A stretch of 64,000 nt of DNA. Origin: Muribaculaceae bacterium (GTDB lineage Bacteria > Bacteroidota > Bacteroidia > Bacteroidales > Muribaculaceae). The notes under the pieces were generated by a model, which ran no database searches, was not told where the DNA came from, and was given only the letters and a program-made list of their open reading frames with translations. Position 1 is the stretch's first letter. Every line of letters begins with the position of its first letter. The stretch is from assembly GCA_017935045.1 (NCBI GenBank), contig JAGBIJ010000022.1, positions 1,820 through 65,819 on the forward strand. The letters are read 5' to 3'. The position numbers and the translations under genes were made by a program. Positions 42,832 through 52,562 of this stretch are shown here, one piece after another.

Positions 42832-43881
42832 ATGAAGAATCTATTGAATATATTGATTATTTTCAGCTTTGCAATGCTGATAATATGGGTAGGACACCTC
42901 TTCAGGACGCTCCCTTCGGTGTGGCAGTGTGCCATCAGCGCAGGAATAGTCGGCGTGGGGGTGGCGGCAATCCTTATAGCCAATATCCGCATAAACAGGC
43001 GCACACGTATGGCTGTCAGCCGTTTCGTGGCCGGAGAGACTGACAGCGACGACCCGATTGACGCATTGTGTGCCGGTTCGCGTCGCATGCGCCGCCGCTA
43101 CACGCCTGTAGTCGAGTCCGTACTTGTCTCGCGCTTGAACGGCTATGCCGACGATTTCTTCCGCAACCCCGCTCCACCTGCTGCCTTCGACCGGAGACGC
43201 GCCCTCTCGCAGCTCTTTAAGCTTGTCCCTGACAGGGCCAAGGAATGGTCGGAGGAACACCGCCGCCGCTGTCTGGCTCTGCTTCAGCAGAAAGTGGACG
43301 ACGGCGCCCCCTTTGCAGCTGTCATGGAGTTGATTTCTGCCATTGAGCATCCTGACTCTTTGGCCATGACCATGCGGTATCATGTAATCCGAGACTCCAG
43401 ATTTGACGACTCCATCAATGAGATATCGGCTCTTGCCGTCAGCCGGGCTGTCGACGCCGTGACACGCGGAGCCACCCTCTCTTTTCCTGTCACGGCTTTC
43501 CCCCGCAACGTAGTCCGCGCAACAGTGAGCCAGCAGGGACTCTCGTATCGCGGATGCCTGATTCCCGTTACCGATTTCTATGACGCAGAGACCATAAGCT
43601 CTCTTTGCTCTTGCGATCAGCTCCCGCTCTATATTGGCAACGACCGCCTCGTACTGGAACTGATCAGTTATCCCTCCATGCGTGTGCTGCTGCGGCTTAT
43701 GACCGGCCTGCGGGCCACTGTCAGCGTCGACCCCGACCACACTGATAATATCGACTCGGCGCTGTGTTCCTATATGGAGAGACTTGCGGCGGAGCGGCAG
43801 CGCCACTTAGCCAGAATGGAGGCCGAATATGAAGCAAGTGAGCGGGCTTATTGGATTGAAGCTCGTTTATTTGATGTCTGA
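42832..43881 (+). CDS. Hypothetical membrane protein with two N-terminal TM helices
   Basis: ATG 42832 (MKNLLNILIIFSF...); two hydrophobic segments, then a soluble helical domain. Confidence 0.7.
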   Translation: MKNLLNILIIFSFAMLIIWVGHLFRTLPSVWQCAISAGIVGVGVAAILIANIRINRRTRMAVSRFVAGETDSDDPIDALCAGSRRMRRRYTPVVESVLVSRLNGYADDFFRNPAPPAAFDRRRALSQLFKLVPDRAKEWSEEHRRRCLALLQQKVDDGAPFAAVMELISAIEHPDSLAMTMRYHVIRDSRFDDSINEISALAVSRAVDAVTRGATLSFPVTAFPRNVVRATVSQQGLSYRGCLIPVTDFYDAETISSLCSCDQLPLYIGNDRLVLELISYPSMRVLLRLMTGLRATVSVDPDHTDNIDSALCSYMERLAAERQRHLARMEAEYEASERAYWIEARLFDV

Positions 43882-43916
43882 TAATTTTTATTAACTTTGC
43901 AAAAAATCTTTATTAT

Positions 43917-45107
43917 ATGCGCTATATCAACTGTTTATCACTTTTTGCCGCCGTTCTTGCCGGTATCCTTTCCTCCTCGTGTGCCCGAGACGCGGGCGAA
44001 GTCATGGCCGAAGCCCGTAAATATTTGGCCGAAGGCAAGCGTCAGCTTGCTATAGAGACGCTATACGACAATCTTGATGACAGGCAGCTGGCCGATTCCG
44101 CCATCAATATCATCATGCCCGCTCTGAGTGAAAGCGTCACGGCCAGATTTTTCCTTTTCAAGAACATGGAGCAGATGTCAGTGGAAGTATCTCCGGAACA
44201 TCAGATGTATTCCGCCGTGATAAGTGACGACGGAAAGCACCTCGTGACCTCGGAAGGGGAGACGCAAAGAGTCTGTGTCTATTCTTTTCCTGACATGAAG
44301 CTGGAATGTGTCATTAATGTGCCGGACTACGTCTTTACTGCCCGTATGGACCGCGACGGTAAAAAGGTGGCTGCCGCCGCGCATAACGGCAATGTATATC
44401 TCTACGACTTCCCTTCCGGGGAGCTGGACACGGCTCTGCATACCAACGACTACAGTGTCAGAGACATATATTTCAGCAAAGACGGATGCCTCTTTACCGT
44501 CTCCAATGACCATTCGCTCAGTAGGTTTGATTACCTTTCGGGCGAAAAGCTCGACAAACTTACCCTTCATTCGCGCAACGTCAAGGACCTCTCCTTCTCG
44601 CCTGACGAGACTATGCTCTGCACCGCCTCCAACGACGGCTCGGTACAGGTGCTGTGCTACGACGGCGAGAATCTGGACGTCAACGGACGCTACATCTCGA
44701 TAGGAGATAACTATGCCAACGCCACTGCCATCAGTCCCGACAAAAGTTTCCTGGTTACCGGTTCCGGATTCGGCGACCTGCAGTTCTGGAATACATCCGA
44801 CCACTCGTTCAGAAGCGAAATCAACCTCGACGACCCGGTCTTGTCGGTAGCCGTGAGCCCGGACGGCAGCAAAGTGGCCGCCGGCACATCGACCCATGTC
44901 TATATCATCGATGCCGCGACGTGCGGGAAACTGTACACTATCCCGGTGTTCGGCTCAGATTTCTGGTCCGTGCAGTTTGCCGGCGACAGCAAGCTCATGT
45001 TTGCCGACCGAGGCTCCGTCTATCAGATACAGCTCCCCGGAACCGCCGACGTAGTGGCCGCCGGGCGCGCCGCATACGACCAGTACAAAAAAGAGCAGAC
45101 AAACTGA
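43917..45107 (+). CDS. WD40-repeat lipoprotein
   Basis: Lipobox LSSSC; repeats such as VKDLSFSPDETMLCTASNDGSV and AISPDKSFLVTGSGFGDLQFW; own TAACTTTG promoter at 43892. Confidence 0.88.
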   Translation: MRYINCLSLFAAVLAGILSSSCARDAGEVMAEARKYLAEGKRQLAIETLYDNLDDRQLADSAINIIMPALSESVTARFFLFKNMEQMSVEVSPEHQMYSAVISDDGKHLVTSEGETQRVCVYSFPDMKLECVINVPDYVFTARMDRDGKKVAAAAHNGNVYLYDFPSGELDTALHTNDYSVRDIYFSKDGCLFTVSNDHSLSRFDYLSGEKLDKLTLHSRNVKDLSFSPDETMLCTASNDGSVQVLCYDGENLDVNGRYISIGDNYANATAISPDKSFLVTGSGFGDLQFWNTSDHSFRSEINLDDPVLSVAVSPDGSKVAAGTSTHVYIIDAATCGKLYTIPVFGSDFWSVQFAGDSKLMFADRGSVYQIQLPGTADVVAAGRAAYDQYKKEQTN

Positions 45108-45174
45108 GACACTGAGACCGACTCTCGAAATTTCGTACCGGGGCTGCGCTGAAGCGAAAACTCAGGGCGGCCTC

Positions 45175-47364
45175 TTATATGCTGTCGTCCGGAGCCGGCA
45201 TATCCTGTTCCGGCACCGCAGCCGGCTGTCGGTCTACGTATAATACCAGCTCAGCCTGCGGTATATCTATTTCATCGAAGATATAGCGCAGCCCCGCCAG
45301 TTTATTCCGATTGTTGGCGTGTTTGCATAGATAACATTCCTCTCCGATTTTTTCGTATTTTTTCTGGTCTTCGCCTGTGATACGGTGCGTTACCCATATT
45401 TCTTTCCGAGCCAAAGCATCAAGGGCATCCGGGTGTCGCCGGTATAATTCTCTGACTACATCTATAAGCATATCTATCCAGTAAGACTGCTGATGCTCCT
45501 CGCCGAACAGACGGTAGCCGACAAGACTCCGGTTCGTAGGGTTGAAATCTTCGTCATCAAGAGGAATTTCATCCATAGGTTTGGGCAGAGGCCTGAAGCT
45601 GGTCGCAGGATACGGATAAAGGGTAAATAATTTATTCTTGATGGTGTCAGCCCGATGCTCAAGCGTGTGTGCCTGCCAGGTGTCGTATGACGTAAGTTCT
45701 TGCGTCATACGGTAAATAGAACCCCGATAACCGTTGATGAACATCCCGTTTACCATCTTGCCGTTCTTTTTGTCCTCAAAGGAATTGTTGCTCAGTTCGG
45801 AGTTGACACCCGTAAGTGTGAGGTTGGCGAATGTATGAAGATATTGTTCGTGTACGGTATCTGCGTTCTCGCCTAAATCTTTCCGCCATTGAGATGTCAA
45901 CGTCTGAGGCATTATATGCTCTATGGTTGCCTCGCCGGTCTGCATCTGCTTCTTTACATCGACAAATTCAGTATGATTGAAGTTCTCAAGTCGCTCAAAG
46001 AGGAAATAGCGGGCAGCCTTGGGCATCTGATAGACATTGCGTGTCAGGATCGCTTCTGCAAATGCATTGTCACGCGGAATACGGAAGTTGCCTTCGCGGC
46101 GGAGTATATGGTACGCCAGAATTTCATGATAGGGATTACGCAATGGCTGCCCGGCTTTTTCATATTCCGCGATAGAGCGCAGAACGTCGCGGTGAAGGGC
46201 GCAGAATGTCTGTGTCAATGAATTGGAGGACATAGAGCAGATGATGCGGCGTGCGAGGTAATCTTCTATCAGATCAAGTACGTTCCATATCTCATCTTCC
46301 GTGAGGCTCTTTTCAGAGGCATATTTGAGGAAAGATATCAGAAAAACGTTTATGACGTCGGTGTCAAGATTGCGCAACTGCGCCATTTTTCTGCTCAGAC
46401 GCGCATTGCGTATCATCGCTCCCTCATGCGGCATTATGACCTCGGCCGTATTTATGATATGGTAGTACCGGACATAATCGAGCATGGAAGCGAGTTCCGC
46501 CTTACGGTCGCGCCCCTCTTCTTCCATATACTTTTTCCAATAGGAATACAGGCTGTTTAGTTTTACAGGGCGAATCAGATTGTCAGAAATGGTAATATAA
46601 TCCCTGAGAAACATGGTGGGGGAGTCATTGGTCGCCGTCTGTATCTTCTGCCAGTATGTCTTGAAACAATACTCCTGCTCGGCAGGGGAGAGAGACATAA
46701 GTAGATAGTTGCGTATCTTGTCGGCCTCCTCAAGAGCCAGTCCTGTAGAGTTGAGGCTTTCGAATATCAGCTGAGGGTCATCGCCGTCATCTAGATCGAT
46801 ACATATTATTTGCAATCGGTCTACAGTATCAAACAGTTCGTCAAATGTAAAGTGCCGGGGCGACGAGGTCAGCTTTTCATAAAAGAAGTTGAAATTGTGG
46901 GTAATTTTGGAATCTTTGACAAACTGGCTTTCATCGTATGTAAACAGGCGTTCGTATGCGACACGATCCTGCTCGATGGGCAGCAGCTTGAATTTGCACG
47001 TCGGATGCGAGCCGTATTTTGACCACAGCATGTTGTCATGCGTCTCCTCCAGCAAACCTTCCTGACTCACATCCATCCTGCCGTCTTTGACGGCTTTGAT
47101 GGCCGCGAGCATGAGCAGGGAGGTGGTCGTAAGCCGTTGTTGTCCGTCGATGATAAGGCGGTCCAGGCCCGAGCCCGCCGGCGCAGTGACAATGGAGCCG
47201 AAGAAATGGCCGCCTCTGCGGCTGCCCTTGAGTTTTACTATATCAGCGAAAAGCTGATTGCAATTTTCTTTTTTCCACGAATAATTGCGCTGGTATACTG
47301 GTATTACAAGCTGGGTGCGTCCGTTTCCCCAGACTTGCTGCAGTGGCATTGCTGTTCCTCTCAT
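45175..47364 (-). CDS. GmrSD-family type IV restriction endonuclease (DUF262 + DUF1524) with an extra C-terminal domain
   Basis: IPVYQRNYSW, IIDGQQRLTT and IFESLNSTG (DUF262); TIEHIMPQ...ANLTL...NSELSN (HNH-type DUF1524); visibly more AT-rich than its neighbours. Confidence 0.9.
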   Translation of the reverse strand: MRGTAMPLQQVWGNGRTQLVIPVYQRNYSWKKENCNQLFADIVKLKGSRRGGHFFGSIVTAPAGSGLDRLIIDGQQRLTTTSLLMLAAIKAVKDGRMDVSQEGLLEETHDNMLWSKYGSHPTCKFKLLPIEQDRVAYERLFTYDESQFVKDSKITHNFNFFYEKLTSSPRHFTFDELFDTVDRLQIICIDLDDGDDPQLIFESLNSTGLALEEADKIRNYLLMSLSPAEQEYCFKTYWQKIQTATNDSPTMFLRDYITISDNLIRPVKLNSLYSYWKKYMEEEGRDRKAELASMLDYVRYYHIINTAEVIMPHEGAMIRNARLSRKMAQLRNLDTDVINVFLISFLKYASEKSLTEDEIWNVLDLIEDYLARRIICSMSSNSLTQTFCALHRDVLRSIAEYEKAGQPLRNPYHEILAYHILRREGNFRIPRDNAFAEAILTRNVYQMPKAARYFLFERLENFNHTEFVDVKKQMQTGEATIEHIMPQTLTSQWRKDLGENADTVHEQYLHTFANLTLTGVNSELSNNSFEDKKNGKMVNGMFINGYRGSIYRMTQELTSYDTWQAHTLEHRADTIKNKLFTLYPYPATSFRPLPKPMDEIPLDDEDFNPTNRSLVGYRLFGEEHQQSYWIDMLIDVVRELYRRHPDALDALARKEIWVTHRITGEDQKKYEKIGEECYLCKHANNRNKLAGLRYIFDEIDIPQAELVLYVDRQPAAVPEQDMPAPDDSI

Positions 47365-47630
47365 TTTATGTCAGATTTAGACGACCATATTCCGGCCGTT
47401 GTGGTCGTATGTGGTGCAAAGTCACGAATAATTTCCGAAGCGACGGCCTTTTATGCTGTAAAACACGACAAATTGCTGTTACTCTGCCTTTGTGCCTGTA
47501 TCGCTGGCAGCCGGGTTGCTCCCGGATATATCGTTGCCGCGCTGTGGTGCAGCCGGACACCGGCTTCGGCCTGTCTACGCGCTATGGCGACCCGCTTCAA
47601 AAAATTTTTTTTGAATTTTTTTTATGAAAA

Positions 47631-47704
47631 TTTGGTGGAGTCGGGAATAGTTTATAATTTTGCGGTGTGTTAGTGATGTACAACACTAACAATATACAAC
47701 ACTA
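47631..47704 (+). promoter_or_regulatory. Promoter plus palindromic operator, probably bound by the GntR/YtrA repressor
   Basis: TTTG (47631)-N20-TAATTTTG (47655); TGTTAGTG-N8-CACTAACA palindrome at 47668-47691; TACAACACTA direct repeat at 47679 and 47695. Confidence 0.7.
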
Positions 47705-47811
47705 CAACAGGCGCACAGCTGCCCCGGACCACGCCGTCAAGGCCTCGGCGAATCTTTCCGCAGCTCCGCCTCAAAGTTAAGTTTAATCTTCATAAATCAA
47801 AAAAATCTTAC

Positions 47812-48687
47812 ATGACTATGAGACGTTTTGTTTTTACTCTTGTCGCAGCTCTGGTCTGCGCGTTCGCTTCCCAGGCGCAGTTGCTTTGGAAAATCAGCGG
47901 CAATGGCGCCGCCAAGCCCTCTTATATCTTCGGCACGCATCATATAGCGCCGGTCAGCGTGCTTGACTCGGTGGCTGCTTTCAAGGATGCTCTGGCCGAG
48001 GTAAATCATGTCTACGGCGAGGTGGTAATGGCCGATCTTATGACTCCGGCCGGACAGCAGAAGCTGATGGCGGCCATGATGGCTCCGGCCGACAGCACGC
48101 TTGCCAAGGTCCTGACACCGGCGCAGGCTGACAGCGTGAACACGGTGCTGCCTATGCTGGCTCCGGGCGCCACGGTGCAGATGTTTGACGCTTTCAAGCC
48201 GGCCATGCTCAATACCGCGCTGACAGCGGCTCTGAGCCAGAAGGCTTTCCCTGATTTCAATCCTGGCCAGCAGCTCGACGCTACGGTGCAGCAGCTCGCT
48301 ACCGAGGCCGGCAAGGAGGTAGGCGGTCTGGAGACTGTAGAGTCGCAGATACAGGTGCTGGCCGGCGCCCCGATAGCCGATCAGGTCAAGGACCTGATGA
48401 AAGTCATCGCCGACATGGACGGTAATACTGAGGATGCCGTGCGTCTGGCCGCCCTCTACCGCAAGGGCGATCTGCAGGGTATGCTGCAGATGATGGATGA
48501 GGAGACAGACTCGGCGGTAGACCTTGACCGTCTGCTGTTCAGCCGTAACCGCGCCTGGATAAAACGGATGGCGGAGCAGCTGCCTTCGGGAGCGTACATG
48601 TATGTCGTAGGCGCGGGTCATCTGCCGGGTGAGCAGGGCGTCATCGAGCTGCTGCGCAAGGCCGGCTACACTGTGACACCTATGTAA
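47812..48687 (+). CDS. TraB/GumN family protein (Tiki-like metalloprotease fold), secreted
   Basis: LLWKISGNG...SYIFGTHH, GLET, RNRAW and VVGAGHL. Confidence 0.9.
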   Translation: MTMRRFVFTLVAALVCAFASQAQLLWKISGNGAAKPSYIFGTHHIAPVSVLDSVAAFKDALAEVNHVYGEVVMADLMTPAGQQKLMAAMMAPADSTLAKVLTPAQADSVNTVLPMLAPGATVQMFDAFKPAMLNTALTAALSQKAFPDFNPGQQLDATVQQLATEAGKEVGGLETVESQIQVLAGAPIADQVKDLMKVIADMDGNTEDAVRLAALYRKGDLQGMLQMMDEETDSAVDLDRLLFSRNRAWIKRMAEQLPSGAYMYVVGAGHLPGEQGVIELLRKAGYTVTPM

Positions 48688-48700
48688 TAAGACTCCGCTT

Positions 48701-49558
48701 ATGGTAACGCTTGACAATGTAAGCTACAGATATATGAAGCAGGGTCCGTCCGCGCTGACGGATGTGACCCTGCAGCTGGAGCCCGGCATCCACCTGCTGC
48801 TGGGGGAGAACGGCGCCGGCAAGACTACACTGCTGCACCTGATGGCTGGACTGCTTACGGCCCGCGAAGGGGTCTGCATGACCGCCGGCATGGATATGGC
48901 TCTGCGTCAGCCTGCCGCCCAAAGCAAGGTCTTTTTTCTGCCAGACAGCCTTGATGTCCCGTTTCAGACCATAGGGAGCATGGCCGACCTCCACGGACGG
49001 TTTTATCCGCGCTTCGACCGCGTGCTTCTGGAGAGAAATCTTGACCGCTTCGGCCTGAAGGCCGACACCCGCATCAAGCAGATGTCTTTCGGCACGCGGC
49101 GCAAGGCTCTGATAGCCTACGCTCTGGCTCTGCGCACCGAGGTGCTGCTGCTTGACGAGCCCACCAACGGCCTGGACATAGAGTCGAAGAAGACGCTGCG
49201 GCGCATGATAGCCGAATCGGCGGTCGAAGACAGCACGGTGGTGGTCTCCACTCACTCGGTGCATGATCTGGAGAGCATCTACGACGGTGTCGTGATACTT
49301 CGCAAGGGGCATGTGCAACTGGCCTCCACCACTGCGCGTCTGGCCGGCGCTCTGGCTTTCGTAAGCCATTTCGAGCCGGTGGAGGGCGCCATATACCAGG
49401 AGACGGAAGCCGGTATCTACCGGGCCATCCTGCCTGGCGGCGATGATGAGGAGACGGCAGTCAATTTCTCGCTGCTGTACACGGCCATGTCCACTCCGGC
49501 GGCCGAGATAATAGTGAATCTTTTATGGAAATCGCGCGATGAAAACAAGGATAAATAA
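48701..49558 (+). CDS. ABC transporter ATP-binding protein
   Basis: GENGAGKTT, MSFG signature, LLLDEPTNGLD and STH. Confidence 0.93.
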   Translation: MVTLDNVSYRYMKQGPSALTDVTLQLEPGIHLLLGENGAGKTTLLHLMAGLLTAREGVCMTAGMDMALRQPAAQSKVFFLPDSLDVPFQTIGSMADLHGRFYPRFDRVLLERNLDRFGLKADTRIKQMSFGTRRKALIAYALALRTEVLLLDEPTNGLDIESKKTLRRMIAESAVEDSTVVVSTHSVHDLESIYDGVVILRKGHVQLASTTARLAGALAFVSHFEPVEGAIYQETEAGIYRAILPGGDDEETAVNFSLLYTAMSTPAAEIIVNLLWKSRDENKDK

Positions 49559-50321
49559 CACGCTGGGCCGCCTGGGGCGGCTCTGGGGTTACTACACACC
49601 CTCCATACGGCGCCAGAGCCTGCTGACGGCAGGCATCACGCTGGTGTGCTATCTGATCACAGTCCTGAGCGCCCGCGGCGGCGACGCCATAGGCTTCTAC
49701 ACATTGGCCACGCTGATATGCATCTGCACCTACTATATGGGGCCACTGCTCTTTGCCACGGGCCGCTCCCGCGCTCTTGAGGCGCAGCTGCCGGCCACTC
49801 CGGGCGAGCGCACCATGTTCGCTTTAGGTTATTGCTATGTCTACATTCCGGCGCTGATGGCCGCCGTATGGTATGGCTCCTACGCCATAGCGCGTCTGAC
49901 CGGCCTGATCGAAGATGATCCCGAGTGCGCGATAATGCAGCGCATCTTCGAGGAAGCGCATCTGAGCGACAGCTCCATACTTCAGATCAAGAAGCTGAGT
50001 TTCGTCAATATCTCCCAAAATATGCTTACCACGTCTGTCTGCCTGTATTTCAGTACGAAAGCGCGGAACAACGCCGTGCTTATGGGTATAGTCAGCGCCG
50101 TCTGCGCCATGATGGCGTTAGGCTTCATAGGAGGGGCGGCGGGCTTCATCAAGGGAATGACCGATGCCACCGTAGGCAACTGCCATAATCCCGAGGAAAT
50201 AGTGGAGTCAATGATGCAGTTCGTAGCGCGGCTGCAATACGCCATAAGCGCGCTGGGCTGCGTATGCGTCGTTCTCTTTACCTGGCTGCTCTACAGACAG
50301 TACAAATACCGGCAGATATAA
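49539..50321 (+). CDS. Putative ABC-2 type permease
   Basis: About six TM helices; LPAT..E motif; overlaps the ATPase gene. Confidence 0.75.
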   Translation: MKTRINNTLGRLGRLWGYYTPSIRRQSLLTAGITLVCYLITVLSARGGDAIGFYTLATLICICTYYMGPLLFATGRSRALEAQLPATPGERTMFALGYCYVYIPALMAAVWYGSYAIARLTGLIEDDPECAIMQRIFEEAHLSDSSILQIKKLSFVNISQNMLTTSVCLYFSTKARNNAVLMGIVSAVCAMMALGFIGGAAGFIKGMTDATVGNCHNPEEIVESMMQFVARLQYAISALGCVCVVLFTWLLYRQYKYRQI

Positions 50322-50407
50322 GAGAGTTTTTCCTCTCCGTGCTAAAAACATCTAAATTCAAACACTATCCAAGGCGTTTATTAACAAACACCCTCTGAGA
50401 GGCTGTA

Positions 50408-50794
50408 ATGAAGTTCACACCAGACAAACCGATATACAGACAGATCATCGATTACGCGTTCGCGGCTATTCAGTCGGGCAAATGGAAGCCCGGCGATAAG
50501 ATACCGTCGGTAAGAGAGCTTGCCGCGCAGATGGATGTCAACGCGCACACAGTGCTGAAGGCGTATGACTATCTGACGGCTCACGGGATAATCTCCGTGA
50601 AGCGCGGTATGGGCTACTTTCTGAGCGACAAAGCCCTGCACAAGGTCAACGCCGAGCGCTGCGAATATTTCTTCGACCACACGCTGCAGGAGATGTTCCG
50701 GCAGATGACGCTGCTTGACATAGACATCTCCGATGTGATCCAGCAATATTACGCGTATCGCAACCGGCTGCTGAAGCAGAAGCTGAAGAAGTAA
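50408..50794 (+). CDS. GntR family regulator (YtrA subfamily)
   Basis: KPIYRQI...PGDKIPSVRELA...VNAHTVLKAY...RGMGYF with a short C-terminus. Confidence 0.93.
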   Translation: MKFTPDKPIYRQIIDYAFAAIQSGKWKPGDKIPSVRELAAQMDVNAHTVLKAYDYLTAHGIISVKRGMGYFLSDKALHKVNAERCEYFFDHTLQEMFRQMTLLDIDISDVIQQYYAYRNRLLKQKLKK

Positions 50795-51005
50795 GGTTGT
50801 CCAATCGTTGCTGTATGCGGTCTTTCGTCCCTGTCCGGGCCGGAGGACCGCATCGGTGTGTCCGTATCGGAGAAACAGAAATGCCATTCATGCGAGCGCG
50901 TCTTTGCGGTAATTGTGACTCTGGGCGCCGGTAAGATAGAGAGTGGTTTCGTGAGAAGTCTTATGGCTGCAGGTATGTTAATGTATAGAGAGGAGCGCCA
51001 GCCCC

Positions 51006-51590
51006 TTATTCGGGCTCGATGATTTCGATGGAGGATATGCCGTCACGGCGCGCTCCGGTGTACGCGCCGAGTATGCGCTTGCCACGCATGCAGTAGCCGG
51101 CGCAGAAGGGGTTGCCGAGAGCGAGAGTAGTAATGTCGGCTGTATCGCCGGGCTTGAGCTTGATGTTCTCGGCGTGTATTATCTCAAAGCGCTCGGGGTG
51201 CTGTGTCTTGCGTATTACCAGCGCTTTGTTTTTACCCCACCGCAGCAAGATTGTCTGGCCGACAGGCAGCGACGAGCACTTCACTATATAGTCGGGGCTA
51301 AACCCTGAGTCGTCGGCTTCGGCAGACTCGACCCTGGCCAGACAGAAAGCGTCCCAGTCATTGTAGCCGACGTAGCGGCTGATCAGCGAGAGGGTGGAGT
51401 AGGTGGTGCCCGACTGTGTGCGCACGTATCCCCACAGGCGCTTGAGCGTGGATATGCCGATGGTGCGGCCCGTACGTATCTGGATGTCGAGCGACAGGGC
51501 GTCGAAATCAGAGGGGGTGCGGGGCGTATGGCCGAACTTTATGGCTACTGCTTCTTTAAGCTGTGACAGTAACTCGGAATCCACTTTCAT
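51006..51590 (-). CDS. Conserved Bacteroidales putative DNA-binding protein (N-terminal HTH, C-terminal beta domain)
   Basis: TPSDFDALS...IGISTLKRLWGYV...TLSLISRYVGYNDWDAF. Confidence 0.7.
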   Translation of the reverse strand: MKVDSELLSQLKEAVAIKFGHTPRTPSDFDALSLDIQIRTGRTIGISTLKRLWGYVRTQSGTTYSTLSLISRYVGYNDWDAFCLARVESAEADDSGFSPDYIVKCSSLPVGQTILLRWGKNKALVIRKTQHPERFEIIHAENIKLKPGDTADITTLALGNPFCAGYCMRGKRILGAYTGARRDGISSIEIIEPE

Positions 51591-51616
51591 ATATCGCGGT
51601 AATTTTTAAAGATTTA

Positions 51617-51650
51617 GAGGCTGTTTAACAACTTGTTATTAAACAGCTTC
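51617..51650. mobile_element. Minimal 34-bp MITE derivative (terminal repeats only)
   Basis: TTA|GAGGCTGTTTAACAAC-TT-GTTATTAAACAGCTTC|TTA. Confidence 0.6.
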
Positions 51651-52562
51651 TTATTTCGAGAACGTTAAGAGATCGTTCTGGCTGTAAACTTTGTAGACTA
51701 TGCGCAGCTCCGATGTGGTGGAGCGCTCTCTGAACCACATTGCGACAATCCATAGTTTGTCCTCGCGCTGGAAGGGATCGTAAGTGGCCAAAGTCACTAT
51801 ATATCCGCCGCCGTCATGTATTTCCGCTTGAGTGTCAAAGGTGTATCCCTGCCAGGCTGACTGCCGGAGCGGTATCTCGTCAATACTGCTGAAATTGCCG
51901 AGGTACGCTATCCGAGGTTTCTGCGATACATTGCTGAATATGGAGTTTACAGAGATATACGGATAATCAGCCGATACAGTCATCAGATTGTTGCCGGAGA
52001 GGGAAATCTGAGCCTCGTCTTTATTGGTCGACTGATGGCCGTAGACACGGTAAGATATGCGCAGCGACTCTCCGCCGACGCTATTGCGCTCTGATATCCG
52101 GAACAGTACCGTCCACTGCTGCTCTTCGCGCTGAAAGGGGTCGTATGTAGCCAGTGTCGCCACATATCCGCCGCCGTCATGTATTTCCGCTTCAGAGCTG
52201 AAGCTGTGACCCTCCCACGCCGATTCCTGACGCGGTATGTCGTCGATGCTGCCGTAATTCCCGATATACGCTATCTTGGGTTTCTGCGATACATTGCTGA
52301 ATATTGAGCTGACGGAGATATACGGATAATCCACCTTCACGGACATCAGGTCGCTGCCCGGAATTGAGATGATGAAGCTGTCACTATGTTCTGCGGTCAC
52401 ATCGTCTTCGGCTATCGCTTTGACATAAGGTTCGGCTTTTAGAGTGATCTCGCCATCTTTTTCGCAGATAAATTCCGGCTCCAGATTGTCGCAGGAGGGG
52501 AGCGACAACACTGTCAATGTGAGCAGTGCAATGTTGCTGAGGAATTTAAAATATGTTTTCAT
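51651..52562 (-). CDS. Lipoprotein with two tandem ~110-aa homologous domains (possibly DUF5036-like)
   Basis: Lipobox LPSC; DYPYISV.SIFSNVSQKP.IAY.GN..SID.IP...AEIHDGGGY..TLATYDPFQRE occurs twice. Confidence 0.8.
   Translation of the reverse strand: MKTYFKFLSNIALLTLTVLSLPSCDNLEPEFICEKDGEITLKAEPYVKAIAEDDVTAEHSDSFIISIPGSDLMSVKVDYPYISVSSIFSNVSQKPKIAYIGNYGSIDDIPRQESAWEGHSFSSEAEIHDGGGYVATLATYDPFQREEQQWTVLFRISERNSVGGESLRISYRVYGHQSTNKDEAQISLSGNNLMTVSADYPYISVNSIFSNVSQKPRIAYLGNFSSIDEIPLRQSAWQGYTFDTQAEIHDGGGYIVTLATYDPFQREDKLWIVAMWFRERSTTSELRIVYKVYSQNDLLTFSK

Noticed and set aside
47631-47650. TGGTGGAGTCGGG as a tRNA 3'-end remnant (att site)
   Set aside because: It does not match either flanking tRNA and coincides with the -33 promoter element.
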